Below, one piece after another: positions 1 to 12,200 of a stretch of DNA of 64,000 bases (its first letter is position 1; each line of letters starts with the position of its first letter). The notes below the pieces were generated by a model. It did not search any database, was not told where the DNA came from, and saw only the letters and a list, made by a program, of their open reading frames with translations. The DNA is taken from positions 64,001-128,000 of IMG/VR virus record IMGVR_UViG_3300032236_001232. One strand, given 5' to 3'. The DNA comes from a virus. A program made the position numbers and the translations under genes.

Positions 1-192
1 CAATCGTCTTTTTTCAATTGTGACAAATTCTTCCATTCCGGGGGCCGATTGAACTGTTTGAATAATAGATCTGCTCATATCCAATACAGGATCGGTCATT
101 GATGCTGTAAATCTAGGGTTTTGTTTTAAAATAGCACTGAGCATAGTGCTGCCAGATCTAGGTAGTCCTGAAATAAAGTGTAATTTTTCCAT
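1..192 (-). CDS. Sulfotransferase family protein (N-terminal part; runs off the window)
   Basis: Manual translation from ATG at 192: MEKLHFISGLPRSGSTMLSAILKQNPRF. GLPRSGST is the PAPS-binding loop of sulfotransferases. Not in the ORF track. Confidence 0.85.
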   Translation of the reverse strand, partial: MEKLHFISGLPRSGSTMLSAILKQNPRFTASMTDPVLDMSRSIIQTVQSAPGMEEFVTIEKRRL

Positions 193-195
193 AAG

Positions 196-1893
196 TTATT
201 CTTTAACTATTAATTTTTTAATGTCAGGAAGATAAAGATAGTTGATATCACAATTTAATATAGTATCTAGGGCATCTTCAATTGAGTCTACTAGAGGGGC
301 TCCTGCTAGATTAAAACTGGTATTAAACAATACAGGAACTCCAGTTTTCTCATAAAAGGATTTTATTAATTCGTAATAGTTTTTATTTTCTTTACTCTTA
401 ACTGTTTGAATTCTACAGGTGCCGTCGACATGTGTAATAGCAGGAATATCACCTAACTTATCGGGGTGGACATTAACCGCATACATCATGTAAGGTGAAT
501 CTTCCAGTCCTCTCATTTCAAACCATTCTTCGGCATGTTCTGCCATTACGGATCCGGCAAAGGGTCTAAACCATTCACGCCCTTTAACTTGATTGACAAT
601 GTCTTTTCCATTAGGAGTTCTAGGATCAAATAAAATACTTCTATTTCCCAGTGCCCTAGGACCACCTTCTGCTCTACCAGAGAACATAGCCACAATATTT
701 TGATCTGCTATAAGTTGACTAACCTTATTGGCATCAGTATTGTGCATTTTACATTTAATCGTTTTAACATAATCCTCAAGAGCAGCATAGCTAGGAGCGA
801 ATCCCAAATACAATGTATCTAGTTTTTTGGCCTCTGTGGAATTGCTATGAGAATACCATGCTAATTTAGCTAGCCCGATGGCTGTTCCACCATCGTGCGC
901 GATAGGATCAACATATAAATTAATATTAGGGAATCGTTTTTTGTAATAATAATTGGCCATACAATTCAGGCCATATCCGCCGGATAATACTACATTAGTT
1001 TCCCCAGATAGATCAATTGCCTTTTCGATTAGGTCCCCTAACTGTTCTTGTGTTGCCTGTTGAACTGCCCACGCTAGGTTTTTATCTACGTCGGATACTT
1101 CACTAAAATCTTTATGCCAAACTTGAGGCTCAATTGTTCTTTTTAAATATGGGAATCTATTTTCATCGATTACTGCGCCACGGGGATATAAAGGAATTAA
1201 TAGATTTTTATTTCCTTTTCCTTCAATAAAGAACTCTGGAATTTTAGGATCGTATTCCCCATATGGTGCTAGCCCCATGGTCTTGCCAGCCTCTATAAAC
1301 CCAAATCCTAGATAATCACTAACTGCTTCATATGCTTTGGTTATAGTTACGGTATTATCAAATTCTTGTATACCATTATTAAAATAACTTGCATTACCGT
1401 CTGCATATCTTTTATAAAGAGGTTCAATATCGGTAGGATATCCGCATTTATAGATAGATTCAGTTTCAAAACCTGCTACAGCTTGTTGGTTAGGTTCTTG
1501 TCCTACTAGTGCCTGATGAACACTACCTGCTCCATCAGCTATAATAGCAACAGCAGTTTCAAACCCACTGTTGTAAAACGCACCAGCAGCATGACCTAGA
1601 TGGTGCTGAGATCCTAAATTTGTAATAGAAACGGACGGATTATACTTACGAACTAGAGCAGAATAAGGATCTTCAAATGTCCACGGTAGTAGTGGTAAGT
1701 CATTGCTAGTTCCACCGATAATTAATTCATCTATTTTATATTCGTGAAGTATGCGAATCATGGCTTTAAAAGGATTTCCGTCATACTTCATACGACTAAG
1801 ACGTTCTTCTTCTACATAATATATCAGTTTACCATCGGATACCAGTGCTGCTGACCCGTTATGTCCGGGATTTATAGCCAATATGTTATACAT
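196..1893 (-). CDS. Carbamoyltransferase, NodU/CmcH/TobZ family
   Basis: Motifs HNGSAAL, EEER, HHLGHA, GKTMGLAPYG, GGYGLNC, GPRALGNRSIL, KGREWFRPFA, HVDGTCRIQT, NTSFN; 565 aa. Confidence 0.95.
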   Translation of the reverse strand: MYNILAINPGHNGSAALVSDGKLIYYVEEERLSRMKYDGNPFKAMIRILHEYKIDELIIGGTSNDLPLLPWTFEDPYSALVRKYNPSVSITNLGSQHHLGHAAGAFYNSGFETAVAIIADGAGSVHQALVGQEPNQQAVAGFETESIYKCGYPTDIEPLYKRYADGNASYFNNGIQEFDNTVTITKAYEAVSDYLGFGFIEAGKTMGLAPYGEYDPKIPEFFIEGKGNKNLLIPLYPRGAVIDENRFPYLKRTIEPQVWHKDFSEVSDVDKNLAWAVQQATQEQLGDLIEKAIDLSGETNVVLSGGYGLNCMANYYYKKRFPNINLYVDPIAHDGGTAIGLAKLAWYSHSNSTEAKKLDTLYLGFAPSYAALEDYVKTIKCKMHNTDANKVSQLIADQNIVAMFSGRAEGGPRALGNRSILFDPRTPNGKDIVNQVKGREWFRPFAGSVMAEHAEEWFEMRGLEDSPYMMYAVNVHPDKLGDIPAITHVDGTCRIQTVKSKENKNYYELIKSFYEKTGVPVLFNTSFNLAGAPLVDSIEDALDTILNCDINYLYLPDIKKLIVKE

Positions 1894-1896
1894 CTA

Positions 1897-2823
1897 TTAC
1901 CTTTTTTCAATATTTGTAACTATAGCATCGTAGATTTCTTTTATTTCTTTGTCAGAAAATTCCATTAGACTTTCATTATACCTATCTGCCAATGCCGAGT
2001 CAAGCCCTGTTATTCTAATTGGAGAGTATTTTTTCGGTCCTTCTTTTTCTAAGACTTGAAAATAGTCAGGATAAGATGTGTTTATAGGAAATGTAGAACC
2101 ATAAATTACAGTTCCTCTAGTATTAACAGCCCGTGCCATGTGTTGTCCTACACTGTCTACACCTACAAAATAATCGCAGGCTTTAATTAAGCAGGCCCAC
2201 ATGCGTAGATCGGCTGCCGGCACCTTCATAGTTACATTATCTTCAGGAACATATAGATTTTGTTCTCCAAAAAATATTAAATTGTATCTAGCGGCAAGTT
2301 TTTTTGCCAAACTTACAAATGCTGAGGCACTTAAACTACGCGATGACGTATCTAATACATCATTTTTGCTAGCAGTTGCTCCAGATCCAAATGGTTGAAA
2401 TACAATAGTTTTTGGTTTTTTGCCGTTTTCTTTAGCCTCTGCTATTGTCTGTTCGGCCCATATTGTTTCGTTTTTGTTGAAAAACATTACAGGCGGACCC
2501 AAGTCGGAATGATCTGTAGTTTGGTTTATCTCTTGATCAAATGCTTCTGCTAAAGAAAGTTTTTGATTGAAGTAACCAGGAACACGATACGGTTCAGGGC
2601 TGTGGATTACATCGGCTTTTGATATGATATTATCAAAAAGACCCTTTGTATCTAAACTGTAAACACGATCCTGTAGTTCTGGGATGCTCCATAATAGCGC
2701 ATCCCATCCCGGGATAAGTATTTTCCAATCAGCTGTAGGGTTAAGTTTATGAAATTTAAGTAGAGCAGGAATTGCGGCAATGATTCTTCCAGCACCGCCG
2801 TCTATGTAAAAAATTTGATTCAT
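1897..2823 (-). CDS. Putative glycosyltransferase (GT9/heptosyltransferase-like GT-B fold)
   Basis: N-terminal GGAGRII..IPAL, IVFQPFGS, and C-terminal LIKACDYFVGVDSVGQHMARA resemble the GT9 'F.G.DSG..H.A.A' motif. Confidence 0.7.
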   Translation of the reverse strand: MNQIFYIDGGAGRIIAAIPALLKFHKLNPTADWKILIPGWDALLWSIPELQDRVYSLDTKGLFDNIISKADVIHSPEPYRVPGYFNQKLSLAEAFDQEINQTTDHSDLGPPVMFFNKNETIWAEQTIAEAKENGKKPKTIVFQPFGSGATASKNDVLDTSSRSLSASAFVSLAKKLAARYNLIFFGEQNLYVPEDNVTMKVPAADLRMWACLIKACDYFVGVDSVGQHMARAVNTRGTVIYGSTFPINTSYPDYFQVLEKEGPKKYSPIRITGLDSALADRYNESLMEFSDKEIKEIYDAIVTNIEKR

Positions 2824-2832
2824 TGATCACCG

Positions 2833-5800
2833 TCATAGATTTTGTTCCAGTGTATTTACTCTTGTTGTCAATGCGGCAAATTTTTCTTCTAATTCCTGTA
2901 TAGCTTTTACAACTACCGGGAGTAATCTATCGTGTGTAACCATCCATCTATCGGATTCGTCTTTATTAACCAATCCCATCCATTCGGCATCAAATTGTTG
3001 AACAGCCTCATCTAAATTCTGCGCTGTAAATCCTGATTGGGTCATGCCCTTTTTACCATCATTAGGGGCATCTCTTTGGTCCCAAGTAAATTTTACCGGA
3101 CGAACTGCTTTAATAAAATCTAAACCAATCGGGATGCCCTGAATATTGGTCTTATCTCTACAATCAGATAGAACAGTCCAGGCCACCTGAACTCTCGCAC
3201 AAGCAATGTTACCATTGCCAATTGATATAAAGTTGTTACATCCAGTTGCGGCACCAGCAGAGCCTGCCCCAATCATGATTGCGTTATATCCTGTATGGGT
3301 AGGTCCTGCGTTATCACCAATAGCAACGTTACATCCTGTCACACTGTTGGTTCCGCATAGAGCATTTCGTCCAATAGCAATACTACAGTTTCCTGTAATG
3401 TTGGCACATAATGCGTTGGGCCCAATAGCCACATTATTACAACCTGAGATGGTTTTGTATAATGATCTATACCCAACTGCCACATTACTATCAATGAGGC
3501 TGTTGGCACACAAGCTGCCGTTTCCTGCTAGAGCACCGGCTCCTATAGCAACGTTTTTGCTACCAGTTCCTAAACATCTAAAAGCATTACACCCCATTAC
3601 TACGTTAACACCACCATTTTGGAAGTTGAGTGCAGAATAAGGTCCTATGGATATATTACATGCTGGGCTTTGGTTGGTCTGCCCCATTGCACAAGAACCC
3701 ATAATGATATTACCATTTCCTAAACAGGCAGCACATGCCGCACTAAATCCTAGGACTACGTTAAAGCATCCACTATTAGTGGCTGCTCCGGCAGCTGAAC
3801 AGAAATTAGATAGCGCATATCTTCCTACTACAGTATTGTGACATCCGTTGCTACAATACATAGATCTTTCGCCAATTGCTACGTTACCGATTACAAAAGC
3901 ACCCGATGTAGTTAACGCTTTGAATCCAACTGCGGTATTACTAGTGCCAGCGACGTTCAATCGTTGACCGGCATATGACCCTATGAGAACATTATTACAA
4001 GTGCAAATACCTGCTCCCACCCCGGTACCTATCATAATATTATGAAACCCTCCGTTTCCAGCACAATATCCTATAGCAATATTATTAGTAACAGGAGAAC
4101 TAGAAGGACCATGTAATGTGCAGATACCCAAGGCAATATTAAAACAAAAACACCCACTGCAATTACATTGCGCTGCCCTATAGCCTAAAGCAATATTAGA
4201 TTGCACAGAGTCTATACCGCCGAGCATTTTCAGAGCGCAATATCCTATTGCTAAATTGTTTTTACCATTTAAATTTCCACTGGATTTACCGATCGCTATA
4301 TTATTAGTGCCGGTGCTTAGTGTAAGACCAGCTTGATCTCCAATGGCAATATTATTGAATCCGGTAGTTAACCCACATAGTGCGTTAAATCCAACTGCTA
4401 CATTTGAACAACCTGTAACGCTCTTGTATAAAGCTCTATAGCCAATTGCTACACTATTAGAAACAGAACTACTGGCACATAAACTACCACATCCTGATAA
4501 AGCACCTGTTCCTACAGCAACGTTATTAGTACCGGTTCCTAAACATCTAAAAGCACCAAATCCTATTGCTGTATTACCATTACCAGATTGGAAATTAAGA
4601 GCAGCAAATGCTCCTATAGCAATGTTACACGCAGGAGACTGAGTGGCCTGCCCCATTGCACAGCCGCCCATGATGATATTTAGACATCCTAAACAACCAG
4701 CACAAGCTGCACTAAGTCCTACAACTATGTTACAACCACCGCTATTATTAGTTGATGTTGAACAGAAGTTAGATAGCGCATATCTTCCTATAACAATGTT
4801 CTGATTACCGCTGGCACAATACATGGCCCTTTCACCTATTACCACGCTACCGCATACACCGGCAGTTGCTGTGTTTAGGGCTTTAAATCCAAGAACGGTA
4901 TTGGCAAAAGAACAACCGCCTACTCGTTGTGCCGCGTATCCTCCTATGATGGTATTAAAACAAGTATTACCCGATACAGCGGAACTCATCGTTGGTGCGG
5001 CCAGCGTACCTATTACAATATTTTGACATCCTCCGTTTCCAGCGCAATATCCTATGTTAATATTACCAATACCGGATCTACACCGGAATGAACAAGGTCC
5101 TATAGCAACATTAAAACATGAATCGGCAGCTACAGCACCCATTGCCTTATAGCCTATAGCGGTATTGCAGTGAACGCTATCAACCGCACAACAAACCCGT
5201 AAGGAGCAATAGCCTATTGCTGTATTGCCTTTGCCATTTAAACAGGCGCTTAATTTACCAATTACTGTATTATGGAACCCTGTACTCAGTCCAAAACCGG
5301 CTTGATCTCCAATGGCAATATTTGAAAATCCGGTAGTTAAATTACATAATGCGCTAAATCCAACTGCTACGTTTGAACAACCGGTAACGCTCTTGTACAA
5401 AGCATTTGTACCAACTGCTACACTATTAGAAACAGAACTACTGGCACATAAACTACCACTTCCTGACAACGCACATGTTCCTACGGCAACGTTATTGGTG
5501 CCAGTTCCTAAACATCTAAAAGCACCAAATCCTATTGCTGTATTACCATTACCAGATTGGAAATTAAGAGCAGCAAATGCTCCTTCTATGACGTTACAAG
5601 ACGGACTTTGAGTAGCTTGAGACATGGCACAAAGGCCTATGATAGAATTTAGACATCCTAAGCAAGAAGCACACCCTGCACTAAATCCTATAACTATGTT
5701 ACAACTACCGGCGTTAACAGCCGCACCGGCAGCCGAACAAAAATTAGATAAAGCGTACCGCCCTATAACGACATTATTAATACCAGCAGAGCAATACATA

Positions 5801-7872
5801 GCCCTATCGCCTATTGCTACGTTGCCGGATATATTAATAGTTGCTGTGCTTAGAGCCTTAAATCCAAGAACTGTATTGCCATTTCCATTAGTACTAAGTA
5901 GTTGTCCGGCATATGATCCTAGAAAGGTATTGTTTAGACTATTTAGAGCAATACAATTCCCAGATTTTGCGCCTATTGTAACATTCAAGCACCCGTTATT
6001 GCCGGCCGAGTATCCTATGGCAATATTAAAAGACTGCGGGGAAGATCCTTTTAGTGTCAATGTTCCTATAGCAATATTTTGACAGGCTCCTGCGGTTGAC
6101 GTACACCTCATTGACAGCATACCTATAGCAATATTACATTGGTGAACAGCATAACCAGTAGCGCCAGTGGGACTGAAATGAGAACAACATCCTACAGCAA
6201 TATTACCGTTACCGTTTGTTTTTCCAGTACATTTACCTATCAATATGTTATTGCTTGCGGTAGTCATTCCAGGGCCAGCGGATTCGCCTAACGCAATATT
6301 ATTAATACCGCAAGTGAGTGAACCTAACGAGTTATTCCCAATTGCTACATTGCTAAATCCAGAAAAACTACAGTATGCCGCGGAGCTTGCAAATAATGCG
6401 TTTTTTCCAATTGCAATGCTAGCACAAGTACCGCCGCAATAAAGAGCCTGTGGTCCAATTGCTATGGTATAATTTACAGGAGTTACACTACTACATCTTG
6501 AGGCTCGATAACCAAGAGCAATTGATTTACATCCGGCTGATGTTGTTAATTCGTTCGCTCCATTACCTATGGCAATTGTGTTTGTCAGTCCATTTACTGA
6601 AAGTAAAGCGTTACAGCCAATGGCAATAGCGCAGGTAGCTCTACTGGCTCCGGCACATTGTCCAATACTGATACTAAACGGACTACAACATTGAGAATAG
6701 CCTGCTTTATATCCAATTGCTATTTTTTGACAGCAAGAAGCGGTAGCAGTGGACATGCCTGCTTTGTAGCCTATAGCAATATCAAAATATCGTCCGCCGC
6801 TACTCTCTGCTGCTCTATATCCTAAAGCAACGTTGCCTCGTCCTACACTGTTACAACGTAAAGCACAAGTCCCGATAGCAACATTAAAACATCCGGTAGT
6901 AGAGCAACAATTAGCTTGTTTACCGATACCGATGTTGTTAACACCTCCAGTATTCAGTCCTAGCGCAACATATCCTATTGCAACATTATAATTCCCGGAA
7001 ACATTACAACATAACGCTTTTTTTCCAAGCACAATATTATTATTTCCAATGGTATTGGCCCTGAATGTGCTATAACCGAGTCCGATATTATTATTACCAC
7101 TGGTGTTGCCCACCATTGAATAACAACCAATCGCAATATTATTAAGACCTGTACTACTTGCCAATGTGCCAGGGCCACCGACATCGAATGCGCAATATGT
7201 GTCTAAGCTAACACTGCCGCCACCACCCCCACTAGCGCCGCTCGGTCCGCTTGGGCCCTGTGGGCCTTGTGCTCCGGTATTACCTTGGACTCCTTGTGGT
7301 CCTTGAGCACCAGTATTGCCAGTTGGTCCTTGTGGTCCTTGTGCGCCAGTATTTCCTTGGACTCCTTGCGGTCCTTGAGCACCAGTATTACCAGTTGGTC
7401 CTTGTGGTCCTTGTGCTCCGGTAAACACAGACCCAGATCCGTTAACATACAGACCTGCTGAAGTTATTTTGAGACGTTCTGTTGAGCCAGCCGCTATAAT
7501 AACAGTATTAGACATTCCGGAAACAACAGTGCTTCCGCCAATAATGGTATTATTTGTGCCGTTTGTTAATGCTGCACCTGCATTATAACCAATGGCAATA
7601 TTACAACCAGTGGCATTACTCGAACAAAGGGCTTTATAACCGATGGCAATACTGGAATTTCCAGTGATATTATTTCTTAATGCACTGTATCCTATGGCAG
7701 CATTTCTACTACCCGATGTGTTAGATGCTAATGAACATAACCCTATGGCTACGTTTTTAAGACCGGTGGTTACCGATGTTAAGTTGTTAACACCTAATGC
7801 AACGTTGCCACTGGTTGTATCACACCCAGTAATATTAGGTATTACTGTGTTACCACAAATTTTAATTGCCAT
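2833..7872 (-). CDS. Cys-rich fibre protein with YadA-head-like NxAIG repeats, a short collagen tract and a C-terminal intramolecular chaperone (peptidase S74)
   Basis: Dozens of ~14-aa N(I/V)AIG repeats; [12 protein letters not shown] tract; C-terminal SDCRDKTNI...GFTAQ...[12 protein letters not shown] plus coiled coil. Confidence 0.85.
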   Translation of the reverse strand: MAIKICGNTVIPNITGCDTTSGNVALGVNNLTSVTTGLKNVAIGLCSLASNTSGSRNAAIGYSALRNNITGNSSIAIGYKALCSSNATGCNIAIGYNAGAALTNGTNNTIIGGSTVVSGMSNTVIIAAGSTERLKITSAGLYVNGSGSVFTGAQGPQGPTGNTGAQGPQGVQGNTGAQGPQGPTGNTGAQGPQGVQGNTGAQGPQGPSGPSGASGGGGGSVSLDTYCAFDVGGPGTLASSTGLNNIAIGCYSMVGNTSGNNNIGLGYSTFRANTIGNNNIVLGKKALCCNVSGNYNVAIGYVALGLNTGGVNNIGIGKQANCCSTTGCFNVAIGTCALRCNSVGRGNVALGYRAAESSGGRYFDIAIGYKAGMSTATASCCQKIAIGYKAGYSQCCSPFSISIGQCAGASRATCAIAIGCNALLSVNGLTNTIAIGNGANELTTSAGCKSIALGYRASRCSSVTPVNYTIAIGPQALYCGGTCASIAIGKNALFASSAAYCSFSGFSNVAIGNNSLGSLTCGINNIALGESAGPGMTTASNNILIGKCTGKTNGNGNIAVGCCSHFSPTGATGYAVHQCNIAIGMLSMRCTSTAGACQNIAIGTLTLKGSSPQSFNIAIGYSAGNNGCLNVTIGAKSGNCIALNSLNNTFLGSYAGQLLSTNGNGNTVLGFKALSTATINISGNVAIGDRAMYCSAGINNVVIGRYALSNFCSAAGAAVNAGSCNIVIGFSAGCASCLGCLNSIIGLCAMSQATQSPSCNVIEGAFAALNFQSGNGNTAIGFGAFRCLGTGTNNVAVGTCALSGSGSLCASSSVSNSVAVGTNALYKSVTGCSNVAVGFSALCNLTTGFSNIAIGDQAGFGLSTGFHNTVIGKLSACLNGKGNTAIGYCSLRVCCAVDSVHCNTAIGYKAMGAVAADSCFNVAIGPCSFRCRSGIGNINIGYCAGNGGCQNIVIGTLAAPTMSSAVSGNTCFNTIIGGYAAQRVGGCSFANTVLGFKALNTATAGVCGSVVIGERAMYCASGNQNIVIGRYALSNFCSTSTNNSGGCNIVVGLSAACAGCLGCLNIIMGGCAMGQATQSPACNIAIGAFAALNFQSGNGNTAIGFGAFRCLGTGTNNVAVGTGALSGCGSLCASSSVSNSVAIGYRALYKSVTGCSNVAVGFNALCGLTTGFNNIAIGDQAGLTLSTGTNNIAIGKSSGNLNGKNNLAIGYCALKMLGGIDSVQSNIALGYRAAQCNCSGCFCFNIALGICTLHGPSSSPVTNNIAIGYCAGNGGFHNIMIGTGVGAGICTCNNVLIGSYAGQRLNVAGTSNTAVGFKALTTSGAFVIGNVAIGERSMYCSNGCHNTVVGRYALSNFCSAAGAATNSGCFNVVLGFSAACAACLGNGNIIMGSCAMGQTNQSPACNISIGPYSALNFQNGGVNVVMGCNAFRCLGTGSKNVAIGAGALAGNGSLCANSLIDSNVAVGYRSLYKTISGCNNVAIGPNALCANITGNCSIAIGRNALCGTNSVTGCNVAIGDNAGPTHTGYNAIMIGAGSAGAATGCNNFISIGNGNIACARVQVAWTVLSDCRDKTNIQGIPIGLDFIKAVRPVKFTWDQRDAPNDGKKGMTQSGFTAQNLDEAVQQFDAEWMGLVNKDESDRWMVTHDRLLPVVVKAIQELEEKFAALTTRVNTLEQNL
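7235..7422 (-). repeat. Short collagen tract in the Cys-rich fibre
   Basis: [24 protein letters not shown], matching the end of tract 2. Confidence 0.9.
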
Positions 7873-7946
7873 CTTCGCTTTTCCTTAATGCTCGGCTTAC
7901 TGAGTGTATTTAGCCCAGTTTTAAAAATTAATCCTTCCTAGACCAG

Positions 7947-9152
7947 TTATTTAATTTTCTCCATTAATTTATCAATTTGGTCTTGTTGAGATTTGATAGC
8001 TTCTAATAAAATACCGATTAGAGGCAAATAACTAATTGATTTTAACCCGGTTTGATTGGTTCCTACTAATTCTGGCAACGTTTCTTCTAACTCCTGCGCT
8101 ATTAATCCATAGGATAATTTTCCAGATTGTTTCCAATTAAATTGCACTCCTCTGAGATTACGTAAAATATCGTGAGGGTTACTTATGGTAGCCACATTGT
8201 CTTTCATACTTAGGTCAGATGTGGTGTTAATATCTGTACAAGATAGCACCCCTGTTCCTGGATCAAAGGTTAAACTGGCATTAAACGCAGTATTTCCAGC
8301 ACTACTTTGATAGGGAATCTGATTAGTGCTACCACCAATAATATTATTGGAATTAACAGCACTATTAACATATATGCTAGATGTGTTAGTAAATGCAGGA
8401 GGGTTTCCTGCTCCTCCACTGACCATTAGCCAACCAGCACTTCCTTGAGCTAAGAAAGCAGTATTATCAGCAGAACTTTGATATAATAATGATCCATTGC
8501 CAACACCATTGCCTAGGATATTTTCAGCATAACCAACCTGTTGTGTGCTTGTATTGCCCGGGTTGAGAATATTAGCCACGGCAGCATTACCTACATAAAT
8601 GCTGCCTGTACTGGTATATGTAGGAGCACTGGTTCCAGCACTGACTAAAATCTGTCCTGTTGTGCCCGGTCCAGCAAATGCTGTTGTATCGGGCGCACTC
8701 ATGTAGACTAATTGACCGGCAGTTCCGCCAGATATACCTGCTCCGCCGCCACCTCCACCTCCACTGCTGCCAGCAGGGCCAGTTATATCTAACCAAACAT
8801 TATACCCACTTCCGTTATCTGTATACCTGTAGGTAATATCTGCACTACTATTATACCAGATATCTCCTACTGTAGGATTACTCGGTGGAGTAGTGCCAGT
8901 GGTGCTGCGAATACCGCCACCGACTACTGTTCCGCTGATATAGACCGAACCGCCTACACCTATACCGCCGGCGACAAGTAATGCTCCGGTAGTAGTGCCA
9001 GTGCTAGCTGTAGCATTGGTAATACTGAGATAGGTAGTAGAGGTAACTTGACCTGCTACTCTAGTCCACGACGATGTGGCTGTAGAGTAGCTATAGGTGA
9101 TACCATTAACTACGCTATTTTGTCCATTAGTTGGTAATACAGGGAAACTCAT
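7947..9152 (-). CDS. Short fibre protein with C-terminal S74 chaperone
   Basis: TSDLSMKDNV...GLIAQELE...YLPLIGILLEAIK; G/S/T-rich body. Confidence 0.85.
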   Translation of the reverse strand: MSFPVLPTNGQNSVVNGITYSYSTATSSWTRVAGQVTSTTYLSITNATASTGTTTGALLVAGGIGVGGSVYISGTVVGGGIRSTTGTTPPSNPTVGDIWYNSSADITYRYTDNGSGYNVWLDITGPAGSSGGGGGGGAGISGGTAGQLVYMSAPDTTAFAGPGTTGQILVSAGTSAPTYTSTGSIYVGNAAVANILNPGNTSTQQVGYAENILGNGVGNGSLLYQSSADNTAFLAQGSAGWLMVSGGAGNPPAFTNTSSIYVNSAVNSNNIIGGSTNQIPYQSSAGNTAFNASLTFDPGTGVLSCTDINTTSDLSMKDNVATISNPHDILRNLRGVQFNWKQSGKLSYGLIAQELEETLPELVGTNQTGLKSISYLPLIGILLEAIKSQQDQIDKLMEKIK

Positions 9153-9212
9153 ATTTGTGTCCCCTGTATTTAATCTAACGTCTCAGCACTGTTTCCATTA
9201 TTGAACATTGGA

Positions 9213-12200
9213 TTATAAGGCCGCTACTCTGCTCTGGAAGTCTAGGAAGCTACTAGATGCTGCTACAACTGCTTTGAAAGCCGCCAATGTCATATAAGCT
9301 GCCGAACCATTTGCAATAGCAGGACCATTTATATCAACCCAATAACTTGTTGTGCCATCGTTAGTGTATCGATACATTGTGTCATTGCTGGTATTGTACC
9401 AAATGTCTCCAACTGTAGCATTAGCCGGCACAGTCGATGTGCTTGAACTACGCACACCGCCACCGACAATGTGTCCAGCAACATTAAGTTCGCCGCCCAT
9501 TCCAACATCTGTGCTGAAATAGCTAGCACCTGTTACACCAAGACCGCCGCCAGTGATATTAACACTTTGCGATGCTACTGTGCTGCTGCTAGCTGTTCCA
9601 CCACTAAATGTGCTGGTGCTTTGCCATACAGGAGCATTACCTGTGCCATATACTAGATGCTGTTGAGCTGTACCACCTGCCAAGAACGCTGTGGTGCTAG
9701 CACCAGTTTGATATGGTAAACTTCCAGCACTGCCTCCAATAATATTATTGGATTTTACAGAACTATCAACATACATGCTACTGGTACTAACAAAAGCAGT
9801 AGCACCTGCGGCAGTTTGATAAGCAAACTGACCAGTTGTTCCACCAAACAAGTTCTGCGCACTGACAGCACCGTTAACATACATACTGCCGGTACTAACA
9901 AAAGCAGTAGTATTAGCAGCACTTTGATATGCAAACTGTCCAGTTGTTCCACCTAGTAAGTTTTGAGAGTTAACAGCATTACCAACATACATACTCGCAG
10001 TGCTAGCAAAAGCAGTAGTGCCCGGAGCAGTTTGATAAGCAAACTGGTTGGCCGTTCCGCCTGCTAGGTTAGTAGCTGTAGTAGCTAATGCGGCTGTTCC
10101 TGCTAGCGCACCAACGAATGATGTAGCAGTTACAACACCACCGACAAACAAGTTGCCACCAAATCCAGCACCGCCAACAACTACCAATGCACCTGTGTTA
10201 GTAGAAGTAACACCGGTTGTAGCACTAACTTTAATTCCGCCGGCATTTGATCCTGCGCTAACCCAGTATGCGCTACCGTCATATAGCCAAGAAGCATATG
10301 GTGTGCTTGTTGTTCCAATCTGTAAACCAGAACCAGCTGCTAGAGCTGCACTGCCGCTGCCTGTGCTTAGTGTTAATGTCTTATCGCCTGTAGCAATGCT
10401 ATTGCTATTAACAGTAAACGAAGTTCCGTCAACATACAAGTCGCCTGCTAGATAAGCACTACCACCAACAAACAAGTTACCACCGATACCAGCACCGCCA
10501 ACTACTTGGAATGCACCAGTTGTAGTAGACGAAGCATTTGTGTTACCAGTTACACTAACGTTGCCTGTAGCAAGTGTTGTGCCATTATAAGTTAATCCAC
10601 TACCGAATGTTGTAGCGCCTGCAGCACTTTGATATGGAATTTGGTTAGTAGCACCGCCAATAATGTTATTGGCATTAACAGCACTATTAACATAGATACT
10701 ACCAGTGGTAGTAAATGCTGGAGCAGATCCTGCACCCTGACTAACCAACAACCAACCAGCAGTTCCCTGTGCTAAGAAAGCAGTGGTATCTGGGGCACTT
10801 TGATATACTAATGCACCATTTCCTGCCCCATTTCCTAGTAAATTCTTAGCAAAACCAACCTGTTGTGTGCTGGTGTTACCTGGGTTGAGAATATTAGCAA
10901 CAGCAGCATTACCAACATACATACTACCTGTGCTAGCAAAAGCAGTAGCACCTGCAGCAGTTTGATATGCAAACTGTCCAGTTGTTCCACCAAACAAGTT
11001 CTGAGCACTAACAGCACCATTAACATACATACTACCTGTGCTAACAAACGCAGTAGTATTTGCAGCGCTTTGATATGCAAATTGTCCAGTTGTTCCACCT
11101 AGCAGATTCTGAGAATTAACTGCGTTACCGACATACATACTTGCAGTGCTAGCAAAAGCAGTAGCACCTGCAGCAGTTTGATAAGCGAATTGGTTAGCAC
11201 TTCCGCCTGCTAAATTAACAGCAGTAGTCATCAATGTAGATGTTGTTAGCGTAACCGTAGCTACATTGGAAGAAACACTAGCACTAAGTCCTGTACTAAA
11301 GTTAATAGTGCCTGCATTACCCTGACCAACTCCAAGACTTTGAATAGCCAATGCACTAGCTGTACTAACAGCGTATGGTCCAACAAAGAAATTGGTAGCT
11401 GTTACAACCCCACCAACATACATTCCACCGCCTACGCCAACACCACCGGTTACAACTAAAGCACCTGTGGTGGTTGAATTTGTTGATGTATTTGAATATA
11501 CCGATAAATTACCGTTGATATCGATCTGCATCTTTGTACCAAACGGAGTATACCAACGGAAGTTGCCGTTATAGTTGTCTATCTGCCAAGTTGTACCACT
11601 GTTAGCAAATCCAATTCTTGGACTTGCCGGAGTACTGCCTGCTACCCCTAGGTATAAAGCAACAGTAGTAGTCGAAGCTACTTCATCGTAGGCACCGGTA
11701 AATTTACCGTATCCACTGGAAATAACATTACCCCCTACACCTATACCGCCTGCAACTTGTAACGCTCCGGTTACTGTTGATGTAGCATTAGTTGTACCAG
11801 GAACTACAATATTAGTAGCAGTAAATGTTGTGCCGTTAAATGTTAATCCACTACCAAATGTAGTAGCACCTGCAGCACTCTGATAAGGAATTTGATCCTT
11901 AGCACCACCAATAATATTATTAGAGTTAACAGCACTATTAACATAAATGCTACCAGTACTGGTATATACCGGAATAGCAGCACCACCACTTACAAGAATC
12001 TGGCCTGCTGTACCTGGACCTACATAGTCGGTAGTACTAGGAGCACTTTGATACAATAGTTGACCAGCAGTACCGCCTCGTATTTCTTCTGCATACACAG
12101 CACTGTTGACATACATACTGCCAGTGCTGGTAAATGCAGGAGCACCATTAGTAGTCGCTTGTAGGAATTGTCCTGTTGTACCACTGTTAACAAACGCAGT

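Noticed and set aside
2833-7872. Stop-codon recoding or a diversity-generating retroelement as the cause of the Cys excess and repeats
   Set aside because: Cys is encoded by ordinary TGT/TGC and ORFs are intact in the standard code. No reverse transcriptase is present and the repeats do not look adenine-specific.
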